Shown: piece by piece, positions 41,601 through 55,310 of the stretch
Layout: every line of letters starts with the position of its first letter
Position numbering within the stretch: position 1 is the first letter of the stretch
Source: Eledone cirrhosa
Taxonomy: Eukaryota
Direction: 5' to 3'
Length of the DNA: 64,000 bases
Assembly: GCA_964016885.1 (NCBI GenBank)
Contig: OZ024743.1
Coordinates: 241,428,001 to 241,492,000 of the forward strand
The notes under the pieces: generated by a model
Databases searched by the model: none
Told to the model about the DNA's origin: nothing
The model's input: the letters and a program-made list of their open reading frames with translations, nothing else
Program-made: the position numbers and the translations under genes

Positions 41601-44296
41601 AGAACTAGTTAGAAAATTAGACGAGGCGCTTAGCAAAGGTATCGCGACCGACATACTTGCGGCGAAATTGGCCCTTGACCAATTCTTCAATGCAAAGCAC
41701 GAAGGCTGCGTTGTCAGAGCTAGGGTGCGTGCTCTCAGATACGGGGTGACGAAAGCCGTTCAATGGGCCCGAGGGGCGGAGGCACGTCGTGGAAACAAAG
41801 CCACGATCCGGTCTTTGGTGGACCACGACAGGCGCATGCTACTCGATCCCGGGCAAATGTGTGAAGTTTTTCAACTACACTTCGCACAGCTGTTCGGGTT
41901 CAGTGGGAGGCCGGTTCGAGGGATGAACTTTAGTGTCTACCTCGATGGACTGCCGCGGCTCTCGGCCACTGAGGCGGAGTGTTGCGAAAAGCTGATAACA
42001 GCCGCTGAAGTACGGGAGGCAATGACTGGCTGTACAAGGGGTAAAACCGCAGACTTGTTCGGAGGCCCCTTGGCGGACATCTACTGCAACTGGCAACAGA
42101 ACGGGAGAATTCCCAGCTCTGTGAGCCGAGGAGCTGTGGCGCTGGTGAGAAAGGATCCGAACAAGGGGGATAATATAGATAATTTCAGACCCATAACTCT
42201 GCTAAACACAGAGTTCAAGATTTTGTCCAAGGTGCTAGCAAAGAGGTTGGCGCTTGTCGTTGGTGGTCTGGTGGGAGAGGCGCAGACACGCGTCATTCCC
42301 GACAGATCCATCCACGACAACCTCCACTTCGTGCGATACATCGCAGAGAGGTTAGCTAGGGAAACTGGCACGGGTGGGTCCTTGATCAATTTAGATCAGT
42401 CGAAAGCTTTCGATAGGGGCGACCATCGTTACCTAGCGGCAGTCCTGAGGACGGCTGGCTTTGTGCCCGTCTTCAGAGGCTGGATCGCTGCCATGCACAG
42501 CGATATCTGCTCTGTGGTGAGAGTGAACGGCCACCTTTCGGAACCGTTCAACATCATGCGCTCGGTCCGCCAAGGATGTCCCCTCTCGTCCCTCTTGTAC
42601 GTATTGACTCTCGACCCATTACTGCACAAACTGGAGTTGTTGAGGTGGTCCCGCGCGAACTAGGATGCGAAAGATCCGTGTCAGCATATGCGGACGATGT
42701 CACCGTAGTGGTGTCGAACGCCAAACACATCGAGGCGATCGGCACTACACTAAGAGAATACGAAGCGGTGACAGGAGCAATGATCAACCAGGAAAAGTCA
42801 GTGGGCCTGCAGCTCGGCACCTGGAGAGGCAGGTCCATGCCGTCCAACAGCGTCGTCGGGCGTTGGACGGACGGACAGGTTAAATTGCTAGGGTTCTGGT
42901 TCAGTCTGGACCTCCAGACGGACAAAAACTGGGACGAGGTGACGAGCAGGGTGGCTTCTCTCACCCAGAAATGGGCAGAAAGGTAGCTATCCCTGAAAGA
43001 TCGAGCGGAGGTGGCTAACGCGTACATGGCGTCCGTCATCTACTACCACATGACTGTCGGACCTTGTCCTAAGCCCCGCCTGACTGCGCTGCAGCGTTTG
43101 CTCTTTCGCTTCTTGTGGAAGGGACGCGCTCCGATGGTCAGGCGGTCAATCTGCTGTCAACACCCGCTACGTGGAGGGCTGGGCCAGCCGTGGCTGATGA
43201 TGCGCAGACACGCGCACAGGCTACGACATCTCCACCTCTTCCTCGACGGTGATCAGGTGTGGTCGCCGTTTGCTAGACACGTTTTTCCCCAGCTCGTCTC
43301 CTTGACGGAGCTGCAGTCCTGGGTCAAGCGAAGACCGAGAGGGAGCGCTTGGAGACTGGAATGTCTTCAGGCGCTCACAGCCCTAGACCAATCGGGCAAT
43401 GTGATCGGTGGAAACTCCACCTTGGCGTTCTATAGGGGATTAGTGGAGGGGATGAGCGACGACGTACTTGGAGAAACTCTAGGCGTCGACGAAAATCAAC
43501 TAGCCAATCTCTTCGTAAGGACTTTCGGGCCGGGGCCTATGGACAACTTCCAGAAATCCCTGGCCTGGCAGTGCTACCGGGGTGCTTTGCCAGTTCGGGA
43601 TAAACTTTACAGGCATGGAGGTGCCATCAGCCAGGCATGTCCGAGATGCGCACAGGGCGACGAAACCGTCCTGCACGCACTAGTCCAGTGTCCGAGCATT
43701 GCTGACTTGTGGGTTTATGTCGAACACCTGCTGTCACGTGTAGGACGGTTCCAGCTATCAGCTGAGTCCATCGTGAGGATTGCCCCGCCCTCTTCCTTTA
43801 GCCGGGAAGGGCAGGCAGTTTTTATCTGTCTGGTGGCCATGGCGAAAGAGATAGTATGGTGGACACGTTTGAAAGGGCTGAAGACGATCACTTACCTCTT
43901 CGGTGATGCCCTGATTAACTTTTTCAAATTTCATCTGAAAAGGAAAATCAGGGTAGAGAGGGAAGTGCTCTATTCCCAGCATTTTTTTGAAAGATGGGTG
44001 AGAGAAGCAAGTATGGCCCGAATGAATGGGCCTTCTCTGAGTATGTCTCTGTAAATTAAAGGTGGAAAACTGGGAGAGGGCACTTGCCCTAGTGGTCAGG
44101 GCCACTGTGGTCTTTTAATGGGCTTTCTCCACAAATGTCCCTCGGAAGTCTCCCCCCTATTGGGGATTTTTCTTTGTTATTTTATTTCATCCTCTGTTTT
44201 TTTTACACGCAGAAATGCCCATTTGTACCGTCCTGTATTGTCCTGTACTGTCCTTAATGTCTACTTTATGTAAACCCTTGTGGTTAATAAAGAAAA

Positions 44297-44333
<37 letters not shown>
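38629..44333 (+). mobile_element. Near full-length degenerate L1/Tx1 element (copy 2): ORF1 ~38843-40643, ORF2 40678-44054, (TTA)n tail
   Basis: APE motifs SINARGL, ISET, GDWN, YLDR, TDH; RT motifs NFRPITLLN, DQSKAFD, QGCPLS, YADD; CPRC...ETVLHALVQC; several stops and frameshifts. Confidence 0.95.
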
Positions 44334-44570
44334 GCCTTGGTGGTCAGGGTCATTGTGGCTTTTTACTGGGCTTTCTCCACAAATGTCCCTCCGAAGTCTC
44401 CCCCCTATTGTGGAATTTTTCATTGTTATTTTTTGTTACATCCTCTGTTTTTGTTTTTTACACGCAGAAATGCCCATTTGTACCGTCCTGCATTGTCCTG
44501 CACTGTCCTTAATGTCTACTTTAGGTAAACCCTTGTGGTTAATAAAGAAATCATTATTATTATTATTATT
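44334..44570 (+). mobile_element. Isolated Tx1 3' UTR with (TTA)n tail
   Basis: Similar to 44085-44333 and 49799-50003. Confidence 0.9.
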
Positions 44571-47500
44571 GAATGCCATGGTTGACGGAGGCTCGGCTCT
44601 GTAAGGTATAGTAATTTTTAACCGTTAAAACAATTGTAAATTGTTTAAAACTTGAACCAAATTGTTGATAAAGACACCCTCCTCCTCGTGAGAGGGGTCT
44701 TTCTGTCCGTTATTTGGCCCTTCGGGGTTAAATAACCAGTTATTGGGGTTTTGTACCCAAAATTTCATTTTAAACAAAAAAACAACATGGCTACGAAAAA
44801 GAAATTTCATACGTCACTCCCACTCATTCCGTCTTCTTCTTCCTCAATCATCACTACAGCAGAGAGAAGATTGTCTCTCTCCCTCCCTTCTTTAAATGTG
44901 TCTCTCTCCCTCCCTTCTCTTTCGCAAGTGACGAAAGAAAAGAAAAGTCTCGTGCAAAGCGTGCAAGGTTTCTCCACGACGACGACGACAGCGACGAAAC
45001 AGGTGTGCGGGAAATACGAAAACCCAGTTCATTCGTCTGACGTCAGGAATAATAGCAGTAGCAGCCGTAATAACAACAGCAACAGTGACAATGAAAACAA
45101 CAGTAGCAGCCGCAACAGCATCACCAGCAGCATAAACAACAACAGCATTAGCAGCAGCAACAGCAACAACAACCACAGCAACAGCGGCGGAGGCAGTAGT
45201 CGTAGTACCTGCAGCAACAACAAAAGTAACAGCAGCTCTGACGACAACAACAACAGCAGCAGCAGAGAAAAACCAATCTCATTTGCAGGTATTGCGAAAA
45301 ACTTGGAAACAATCCTCATAACAAATGAGGAATTAGAGGAAGCGAAGAAGATGGTGACAAAGAATGGACACCGAGCAATCTGCAATGCAGCTGAAAAATT
45401 TTTCGAAACCCAAGAGCACTGTACGGTCACGTACCGTACAGTAAGTACAAAATCCCGTAGGGTGGAAAGAGCCACAGAGGCCCAAATACAAAAAGCCTTG
45501 GGGTCTGTGTGGCAGCGGAAAACGCACATCACCCGAGGCAATAAATATGCCACCGTAGACGTACTTTTTGCCACACCCCAGGAGGCAAAGGCCCAATCAG
45601 TAGTGACCCTAAGGAGCGAGGAAATGGTGTTGGTGCCTTCCTACTGCGGGCAAAAAATTGTGAGGGTCAAACTGACCCACGTCCCCCCCGGAATGGCCCC
45701 TTCTTGGCTGGCGCGTCTGTCCTCGTCGGAATCGAGGACAAAACAACTGTACTGCAAGTACAGAAAAATGTAGGAGAAGATTGGGTAGGCACCTCCATTG
45801 AGATGCTAATCCAAACCAACCAGGAGTGCATCGAAGCTATCCCGGATGTGATAGACTTCGATAACGGCACTCAACTGCCCATAAGTGTTGAGGGCAAACG
45901 CCCGAAATGCTTTCGCTGTGGATCGAAGACTCACCTCAGGGCCTTCTGCAACGAGAAGACCCTGAGAAAGGAGAAAACCCTCCCTCCTTCCGAATCCGGC
46001 TCCACGGCTACCAGCAACAGGACAAGCGGCAACCAGGAACGATAGGTCCGTGGCACCCATACCCACTCCACGGAAATCAAAAACAGCAGCAGCAGTGGAA
46101 ATATTAACAACAACAACAGCAATACCATATGCAGCTGCAACAGAGACTCCAGTGCAAACATCACCAACAACAACAAGTGAAAGAGTGGAGCTGGTACCCC
46201 TCCCCGACCTCACAGAATCAGACATGGAGTGTGAGGTGGGAGAGGGATGGCAAAAGGTCGTAAGAAGGCACAAACGCAGAAGCAGCGCATCGTCGCCTTT
46301 GAAAAGGGAGGAAAGAAATGAGAAAAGGGTAAAGTCTACTGCAAAGAGACCCACAGCAGCAACACCACCAACACCATCACCACCCACACTAGCACCACCA
46401 TCACCACCGGCGACAACCCCACCGCCAACAACACCTTCAAAACCACCACCACAAGCACCAACATCGCAAACACAACAACAAAACACACACACCCAGCAAC
46501 AACGACAAGAATATAGCAGAACCACACCCCACCCCCAGAAAAACAAATGCTCGGCAATAATTACACACAACAAGAAACTAATGACTTACATAATTGAACA
46601 CACAGACATTTCACAACAGGACTACATAATACCAGCACCAATCAAAACGCCAACTAACATAAGACTGCTAAAAATAGCAAAGAAACAATACACAAACATT
46701 AAAACGAAATTCCCCAACGCAGTTGGTGATTTCAGGTACCTAGGAGGAACCATCAATCGAAGAGTATATTCACACATTCTCTTAGAAGAGCCGACGACCA
46801 GCCGAAGGGACGATTCAACGGTCCCTTCACCAGACGATCAAGTGAAAAGGGATGTAAAAGACATCCCTCCTCTACCAAAAGTACGGTAAGTGGTCTTTCC
46901 CATCTTTTCCACTCTATTTTAAACATGACCTCACTCAGAATAGGCAGCATAAATGCGCGTGGCTTGGGGTCGTCATGGAAGCAGTGTCACCTGCTCAACG
47001 ACCTCAGGTCACTAAACATAGATGTAGTGGCCATCAGCGAGACCAGAATCTCCGAAGCACGGGCCTTCGCACAGATCTTCGGCGGCTACGATGTGTACGC
47101 ATCTCCCAGCCGTCCTGGATCGGGTGGAGGAGTTGCTGTGCTTTTTCGGAGAGGTTTGGATCTCGCCATACGGGCCATCTTCCTGGACCTGGACCCAGAG
47201 GGTAAGCTGGTGGTGCTGGACGTGACCAGCGGAGACGGGCAAGCTTTCAGGCTAGTGGCCGTCTATGCCCCGACAGGAGCAGGGCGGCCTGATTTCTTCC
47301 GGCGTCTGGAGACCTTTCTTGGAACGTCCCGCTCTTTAGTGTTAGTGGGCGACTGGAACGGGATCTTAGATGCACGCTGGGACTGTGTGGGATTAGCGGA
47401 TAGGGGTGGAGGGTGCAAGAGCCTCACCAACCTGCTCAGGCGTTTTGAACTGTCTGACAGGTACCGATTGGATTTCCCGAATGTACCAACGTGGACTTGG

Positions 47501-50003
47501 ACAAACCGCATAGGGTCATCCAGATCATATCTAGATAGAGTATTTTGTAGGGAAATAGATAGGTCTAGCATAGGCTGTCCACAATTCAAGATAGTCAGCT
47601 ACACGGACCACAAATTCGTGATCTGTGTGCTTGACTTAGATAGGCTTCATAGACGAGGACCCGGCTACTGGAAGCTAAACGCGTCCTTACCAGCGCGCAA
47701 GGCCTACAGAGACCGGATTAGCGAACTAGTTAAGCGGGCGTTGACGGCGGCCATCGTCAACAACAAGTGGTGGTTTGCTCTGAAAAGAGCGATTAGAATA
47801 GAATCCATTAGGTTTAGTAAGGCTTTAGCAATAGAGAAAAATAGAGCAGAGGGAGAACTAGTTAGAGAATTAGACGAGGCGCTTAGCAAAGGCATTGCGA
47901 CCGACGTGCTTGCGGCGAAATTGGCCCTTGACCAATTCTTCAATGCAAAGCACGAAGGCTGTGTTGTCAGAGCAAGGGTGCGTGCTCTCAGACACGAGGG
48001 GACGAAAGCCGTTCAATGGGCCCGAGTGGCGGAGGCGCGTCGTGGAAACAAAGCCACGATCCGGTCTTTGGTGGACCACGACGGGCGCATGCTACTCGAT
48101 CCCGGGCAAATGTGTGAAGTTTTTCAGCGACACTTCGCTCAGCTGTTCGGGGGCAGCGGTGGGCCGGGTAGAGGGATGGACTTTAGTGTCTACCTCGACG
48201 GACTGCCGCGGCTCTCGGCCACTGAGGCGAAGTGTTGCGAAAAGCCGATAACAGCCGCTGAAGTAAGGGAGGCAATGACTGGCTGCACAAGGGGTAAATC
48301 GCCTGGTTTGGATGGTCTGCCCTATGAACTTTACGTACAGATGCCAGACTTGTTCTGAGGCCTCTTGGCGGACGTCTACTGCAACTGGCAACAGAACGGG
48401 AGAATTCCCAGTTCTGTGAGCCGAGGAACGGTGGCACTGCTGAGAAAGGATCCGAACAAGGGGGATAACATAGACAATTTCCGGCCCATAAATCTGCTAA
48501 ACACAGAGTTCAAGATTTTGGCCAAGGTGCTAGCAAAGAGGTTGGCGCTTGTCGTTGGTGGTCTGGTGGGAGAGGCGCAGACATACGCCATTCCCGACAG
48601 ATCCATCCACGACAACCTCCACCTCATGCGATACATCATAGAGAGGGTAGCTAAGGAACCTGGCACGGGTGGGTCCTTGATCAATTTAGATCAGTCGAAA
48701 GCTTTCGATAGGGTCGACCATCGTTACCTAGCGGCAGTCCTCAGGGCGGCTGGCTTTGGGCCCGTCTTCAGAGGCTGGAACGCTGCCATGCACAGCGACA
48801 TCTGCTCTGTGGTGAGAGTGAACGGTCACCTGTCGAAACCGTTCAACATCATGCGCTCGGTCCGCCAAGGATGTCCCCTCTCGTCCCTCTTGTACGTATT
48901 GACTCTCGAGCCATTACTGCACAAACTGGAGACGTTGAGGGGAGTCACGTGCTCAGGCTACACATCTCCACCTCTTCCTCGACGGTGCTCAGGTGTGGTA
49001 GCCATTTGTTAGACACGTATTTCCCCAGCTCGTCTCCTTGACGGAGCTACAGTCCTGGGTCAAGCAAAGACCGAGAAGGAGCGCTTGGAGACTTGAATGT
49101 CTTCAGGTGCTCACACACCTCGACCAATCGGGCAATGTGATCGGTGGAAAATCCACCTTCGGGTTCTATAGAGGATTAGTGGAGGGAAGAGCGACGACGT
49201 ACTTGGAGAAACTCTAGGCGTCGACGAAAATTAACTAGCCAATCTGTTCGGAAGAACTTTCGGGCCGGGGCCTATGGACAACTTCTAGAAATCTCTGGCC
49301 TGGCAGTGCTACCGAGGAGCCTTGCCAGTTCGAGATAAACTCTACAGTCATGGAGGTGCCGTCAGTCGGGCATGTCCGAGATGCGCGCAGGGCGACGAAA
49401 CCAGTGTCTGAGCATTGCTGACTTGTGGGTTTATGTCGAACACCTGCTCTTGCGTGTAGGACGGATTCAGCTATCAGCTGAGTCCATCGTGAGGATTGCA
49501 CCGCCCTCTTCCTTTAGCCGGGAAGGGCAGGCCGTTTTTATTTGTCTGGTGGCCATGGAGAAAGAGATAGGATGGTGGACACGTTTGAAAGAGCTGAAGA
49601 CGATCACTTACCTCTTCGGTGATGCCCTGATTAACTTTTTCAAATTTCATTTGAAAAGGAAAATCATGGTAGAGAGGGAAGTGGTCTCTTCCCAGCATTT
49701 TGTTGAAAGATGGGTGAGAGAGGCAATAATGGCCCGAGTGAATGGGTACTCTGAGTATGTGTCTGTAAATTAAAGGTGGAAAACTGGGAGAGGGCACTTG
49801 CCCTGGTGGTCAGGGTCACTGTGGCTTTTTACTGGGCTTTCTCCACGAATGCCCTCGGAAGTCCCCCCCCCTATTGGGGAATTCTTCATTGTATTTTTTT
49901 GTTACATCCTGCCCATTTGTACCGTCCTGTACTGTCCTTAATGTCTACTTTGTGTAAACCCTTGTAGTTAATAAAGAAAGCATTATCATTTTTATTATTA
50001 TTG
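44571..50003 (+). mobile_element. L1/Tx1 element (copy 3): ORF1 44787-46889 with CCHC knuckle, ORF2 46925-49773 with stop at 48356 and ~560-bp deletion removing YADD
   Basis: CFRCGSKTHLRAFC; intact 477-aa APE-linker ORF; jump at ~48946 from LETLRG to the RLRHLH region. Confidence 0.95.
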
Positions 50004-50150
50004 TTCTTTGAGTCTCAGACATTGATGTTAGTTAACTGGAAAGTTTGTTGAAATGAATATCAAACCACTACCTGCAGCCTCAGATATTAAGGACGTATCA
50101 GAGGGTTCTTGCTGTTCCCAGCAAACATGCCTTTTAAAGCATTCCAAAAA
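50004..50150 (-). mobile_element. 3' tip of the Dong/R4 element
   Basis: Matches 35321-35470; abuts the Tx1 (TTA)n tail. Confidence 0.9.
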
Positions 50151-51500
50151 GAGTTAGTATTGTTGGGTATGTACTTAATCGGTTCGCTAAATCCGCTATT
50201 TTGGAGGGCTTTATTATAGTAGTGTGATGCCTTATTGAAAATAGCTTCTGAGGAAGAGAGGGTGGAGATCCTACGGCTAATATTATCCTCTTTACAGACT
50301 TCTCTTTCTGATTTACTTTCATTTTTAACTTTATTTTTATCTTTATTTTTATTTTTACTTCACATCAACCAGTAACACCCCATCCCTACTTTTCGATTCA
50401 CTTACCTAATATCTTCACATTCCACATTTTACTTCCCCATTTTCTTTCGCTACCTGATACACATGTCACTTGCGTTTTCCACTCCAGAAATATTCTGTTG
50501 TTTCGCAGCCGATTTTATATTTGTACTCATTTATTCATACGGCTGGTTTATAATTTCTGTCTATGCGTTTGAGTGTGCTTATGTGTGTATACGTTCTGTA
50601 TATGTATACGAACGCCTCCGTATGTGTGCGTGCGTACGTATATATATATGTGTGTGTATGTGTGTTTTTATATCTATGTTTTTTATATATATGTTTTTTA
50701 CATACTTATTTATACGTGTGTGTGTATGTGGGTGAATGTATGTGTATGTGTATGTATATGTGTGTATATGTATGGGTGTGTATGTATATATGTATATATA
50801 TATATATATATAGTCGCGTACGTGCGTGTGATTAGATATACATGTGGCGATATATATACGTGCCTCGTGTGTATGTATGCAGGCATGCATGCGCTTTTGT
50901 CTGTACATATTTGTGTGTATAAATATTTATATATATATATGTGTCTGTACGTGCGTACCTATGTTTGTTTTCTTTTTTCTAGTGTTAATTGATTACTTTC
51001 TCTTTGATTTAAAAAACTTCTTTCATTCGCATATATTGTTTCATTTTTATACATATATCGAGAATGACACTTCTTTTTACTATTACACTCCCTTCCCTCT
51101 TTATCTTCCGCATATAAGTGACCGCGCGGGTGTGTGTGTTTATACGCGTGCTTTCATACTCGTATGTGTATTTAATACCTGTATCTGGATGCGTGTTAAC
51201 TATATTATCTTACAATTTCTTTTTCAACTCATATTATATACCTATTTGTGGTCACATATACACAAATATACTTGCCCTCATATATGTACTTACGCACACA
51301 TTTCACCATACACATGCATTTGTACATACACACATATGTACATTTGTGAGTGTATATACATACATATACACATACCCTAACTATATTTCCTTATTTTTTT
51401 ATATATCTCTTGCATTACTTTTATTTATATATTTTTTTGCCCGTTAAACTCTTGCTTTTCTTGAGGAGATTTTTCAAATATTTCACTCTGTTTTAAATTG

Positions 51501-51568
51501 CCTTGTCCGATGAATGAATGAGGACGTTTTTCGTATTCATCTTATTCCGGAAACCTCTGGTAATGAGG
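51501..51568 (+). ncRNA. Probable hammerhead ribozyme relic (C at position 4) at the end of a PLE-like 3' UTR
   Basis: CCTTGT-CCGATGA-..GAATGAGGA...TCTTATTC..-GAAA-CC tct GG-TA-ATGAGG. Confidence 0.55.
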
Positions 51569-51671
51569 TAAATACATTGTATTGTTTATTATACATTAAA
51601 TTTAGCTCTGGTACTTACATAGAGCACTCTTCATTCCTATGACTTTTTCAATTTTCAACGGAAAGTTCAAT

Positions 51672-51820
<149 letters not shown>

Positions 51821-52184
51821 CACACACACACTTAGAAACCTTTCCTAATTAGCAGGAGATATTCGCTACTCTTTCACACCCACTATCTCTTTCTCTCTAT
51901 CTTTCTCTCTATATATTTATGAAGTTACCCGGAAAGACCCCGTATCTCGGGGACCGTGCTCAGATTTACGCGAAACTTGTTTAATTCCATTTGTATTCCC
52001 ATTTGAGGGACATCTTCCGTTCAAAGTATTTTCCCATTATGCGCAGTTTCGGCTGTATTACATTACAGACAAGCACACAATCACAGAGTTTTAGTATTAT
52101 ACTAGACCATCCGTGACCGTTATGTCACGTTCAATTAAAAATATTTTTTTTAAATCATGTTCACTTGAAATAGTTTTATAAATC

Positions 52185-52265
52185 CACATGTGTCCCTATC
52201 TTTGTATTGTCCCCTATATGGCGACCCTTGTGGCCAATAAATGAAACCATTATTATTATTATATT
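52185..52265 (+). mobile_element. 3' tip of a Tx1-related element
   Basis: ACCCTTGTGGCCAATAAATGAAACC(ATT)n parallels ACCCTTGTGGTTAATAAAGAAAAC(ATT)n at ~44273. Confidence 0.55.
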
Positions 52266-52404
52266 AGAAAAAAAGTAAAGTAAAAAAAGTAGAAATGATT
52301 ATCATTTTCATAATTATTATTGTTGTTATTGTTTTAACTAAATTCTATTCTTCAGAATAGAACATTGATCTCGAGGAAATCCCCTCATTTATGTTTTGGG
52401 GTAA

Positions 52405-52473
<69 letters not shown>

Positions 52474-52645
52474 ACATTAACAGAGAAAGCTTTAAGCGAT
52501 ACTCTGATCAACTCCATCTCACTCAACAAACATTAGGATATACCTAAGTATAATCCCAATAAGTGTTTGGGGTGCTAACTATATAGTATTCCGTGGATAG
52601 TTGGTTGTATTATTTTATATGAGACATAAATATATATATATATAC

Positions 52646-52722
<77 letters not shown>

Positions 52723-52960
52723 GTCACCCATAGCTTCATGTATAAATATAAGTAGCGCCTCTAAGTAATTTAATATCCAAACTAGAAAAGAAGATGTGTT
52801 GGGGGGAGGGATGAAACAATCAGCATCGTGACAAGAAGTTCTAGTTTATCTTTTATTAATATCTGTAAATACTGGTTTATTGTGATAAAGCCATTTGAGA
52901 AGTGTCATCTAATGACATATAATAGCCGAACTTAGCGGAGCACACTCCCTCTCACGCTTC

Positions 52961-53016
<56 letters not shown>

Positions 53017-53086
53017 TACACACACACACACATACACACACACATACACACACACACACTCTCTCTCTCTCTCTCTCCCTCACACA

Positions 53087-53145
<59 letters not shown>

Positions 53146-53179
53146 TCCCTGTCTATCTCTCTCTTTCTTTCTTTCTTCT

Positions 53180-53234
<55 letters not shown>

Positions 53235-54074
53235 CTCTCTCTCATATTCTATCTCCCACTTCCTCACACTGTCATTCTTTCTTTCTCCCCCTCTCACGCT
53301 TCTTCCCCCTCCGTCTCTCTCTCTTCTTTCTCTTTCTCGCTCTCTTTCTCTCTCTCTCTCATATTTTCTCTCTTTCTCACTCCGGTACACTGTCATTTTC
53401 TCTTTCTCTCCCACTCAGGCGTTTCCCCCTCTTTCACACTGTCTTACTATTACACGCTTGCTGACCCCCCCCCCTCCTCTCTCTCTCACCTACCGTCATT
53501 ATTTGTGAAATATAAAGATCTTTATTACCAATATATTGATATATGTCTTTGCAATCTGCCTTCTATTACGATTAAATAAGATACGATGTCATCTCACATA
53601 CACACACAAAGGCACACACGCACACACACACACACACTAATTTACACAGACATATACATACACACACAGACACATACACACACAGACACATACACATACA
53701 GACACATACATTAACACATAGATATATACACGCGTTTACTCAAACATTCCCTGCTCACTAACCTCATTAGCAATACATATACATGTGTGTACATCCAACT
53801 TCACAAGCACACATGCACACACATAAATATATGTTGTGTGCCTGCACATTTCCGTGTGCATACTAGAGAGTTTTTGAATATGTATGGATGCATTATATAT
53901 ATATGCATACATGCTTATATACATACATATATATATATATATGTGTGTGTACGCGCACATACACGCACATATTATTTTTATTAACGCCAAATCAATTATT
54001 ACCCTTAAAATGAAATGAATATTAAAACTCTACTTCGATATTGAGTAACCTTTTCTTTCATCCATCAGCCACAT

Positions 54075-54185
<111 letters not shown>

Positions 54186-54429
54186 AAAATTGAACGGGAA
54201 CAAAACAGAGAGGCAGTACGAACAAAGGTTTATTAATTTCACGCTCTTAAGAGTGGGGTGGTGGTGGGGAACGACGTTTCGGGCATATATATATATATAA
54301 TGTAGGAGGTGAGTTTTATTGTAGTACAATAAAGCAATGCAGATATCGGATAAGAAGCACTCTACAGTTTGTAGGACTTGAGTATACATAATATATAAGA
54401 TCAAAGGATGGTTAAAGGAGTTCCATGTA

Positions 54430-54496
54430 TTTTATTATGCGCATTTCAAAAACAAACATGATCATGCAATAATATTTGTGTTTTCATCAGATAAAA
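54430..54496 (-). ncRNA. Type I hammerhead ribozyme (family H, mirror copy)
   Basis: Reverse complement of 54561-54627 with one difference. Confidence 0.8.
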
Positions 54497-54560
54497 CAGG
54501 AGGACATGAAAAACTGCACTATCCACAAGTGTTTTTTAGCCTTCATATCATGTCCTCCTG

Positions 54561-54627
54561 TTTTATCTGATGAAAACACAAATATTATTGCATGATGATG
54601 TTTGTTTTTGAAATGCGCATAATAAAA
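54561..54627 (+). ncRNA. Type I hammerhead ribozyme with extended stem II (family H)
   Basis: TTTTAT-CTGATGA-AAACACAAATAT...ATGTTTGTTTTT-GAAA-TGCGCA-TA-ATAAAA. Confidence 0.8.
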
Positions 54628-54668
54628 TACATGTAACTCCTTTAACCATCTTTTGATCTTATATATAT

Positions 54669-54702
<34 letters not shown>

Positions 54703-55261
54703 CGTATATATATATATATATATATATATATTGGTAAACGGAAAAGAAAATGCTGACAAATTGTTCACAGTGAAAAATAGTTTAATTACGAATAAGTGAA
54801 AATTAGTAATAGTATTGGTTAGTATTCAGTTTTGGTTTTAAGTCTTAACGGTTGCGCATTTCTAATGCTTTTCAAAAATAATATTGAGATAGAGCGTCCG
54901 TGATGTTTGCTCTAATCTGATTAGTTTTGGAAATTCTACCTGTTTTTATGTGAAAAAAGTGGCTCCAGATGTATTAAAATAAGTTTCGCGCCAATTCGTG
55001 TTGCAAAAATTCTTGTGGTCAAAACAATTTTAATTGGCCGGTAGAGGTCATGTGAATGTAAAAAATTGATTTTGCGTCAAATGTAGGTTTGTGTCGGCTG
55101 ACTGAGAAATAAGTCTTTCACAACAAATATGTGTGTGTGCGTGTGTAGTAGTAGTAAAGAGGTTCGTTGTTGTGATAATGGTCAGCAGGCATGTGTGTGC
55201 GAACCGCAGCCTGTTGACAGTTCAAATGCCTATCAAGACAAGTGTGTGTGTATGTGTGTGT

Positions 55262-55310
<49 letters not shown>

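Larger units (their letters stand above)
54296..54666. mobile_element. Fold-back element (family H), arms 54391-54509/54548-54666, ~95-nt left extension
   Basis: Arms differ at about 3 positions; (TA)n flanks; one HHR per arm. Confidence 0.92.

Noticed and set aside
50134-50322. Minus-strand ORF resembling a GIY-YIG start (AVGS...FSIRHH)
   Set aside because: Too degenerate, and on the opposite strand to the nearby HHR
54850-55030. Minus-strand GAAATGCGCA and GGCGCGAAAC as the HHR of the 56-kb PLE
   Set aside because: No CUGANGA-like core or stem I found upstream
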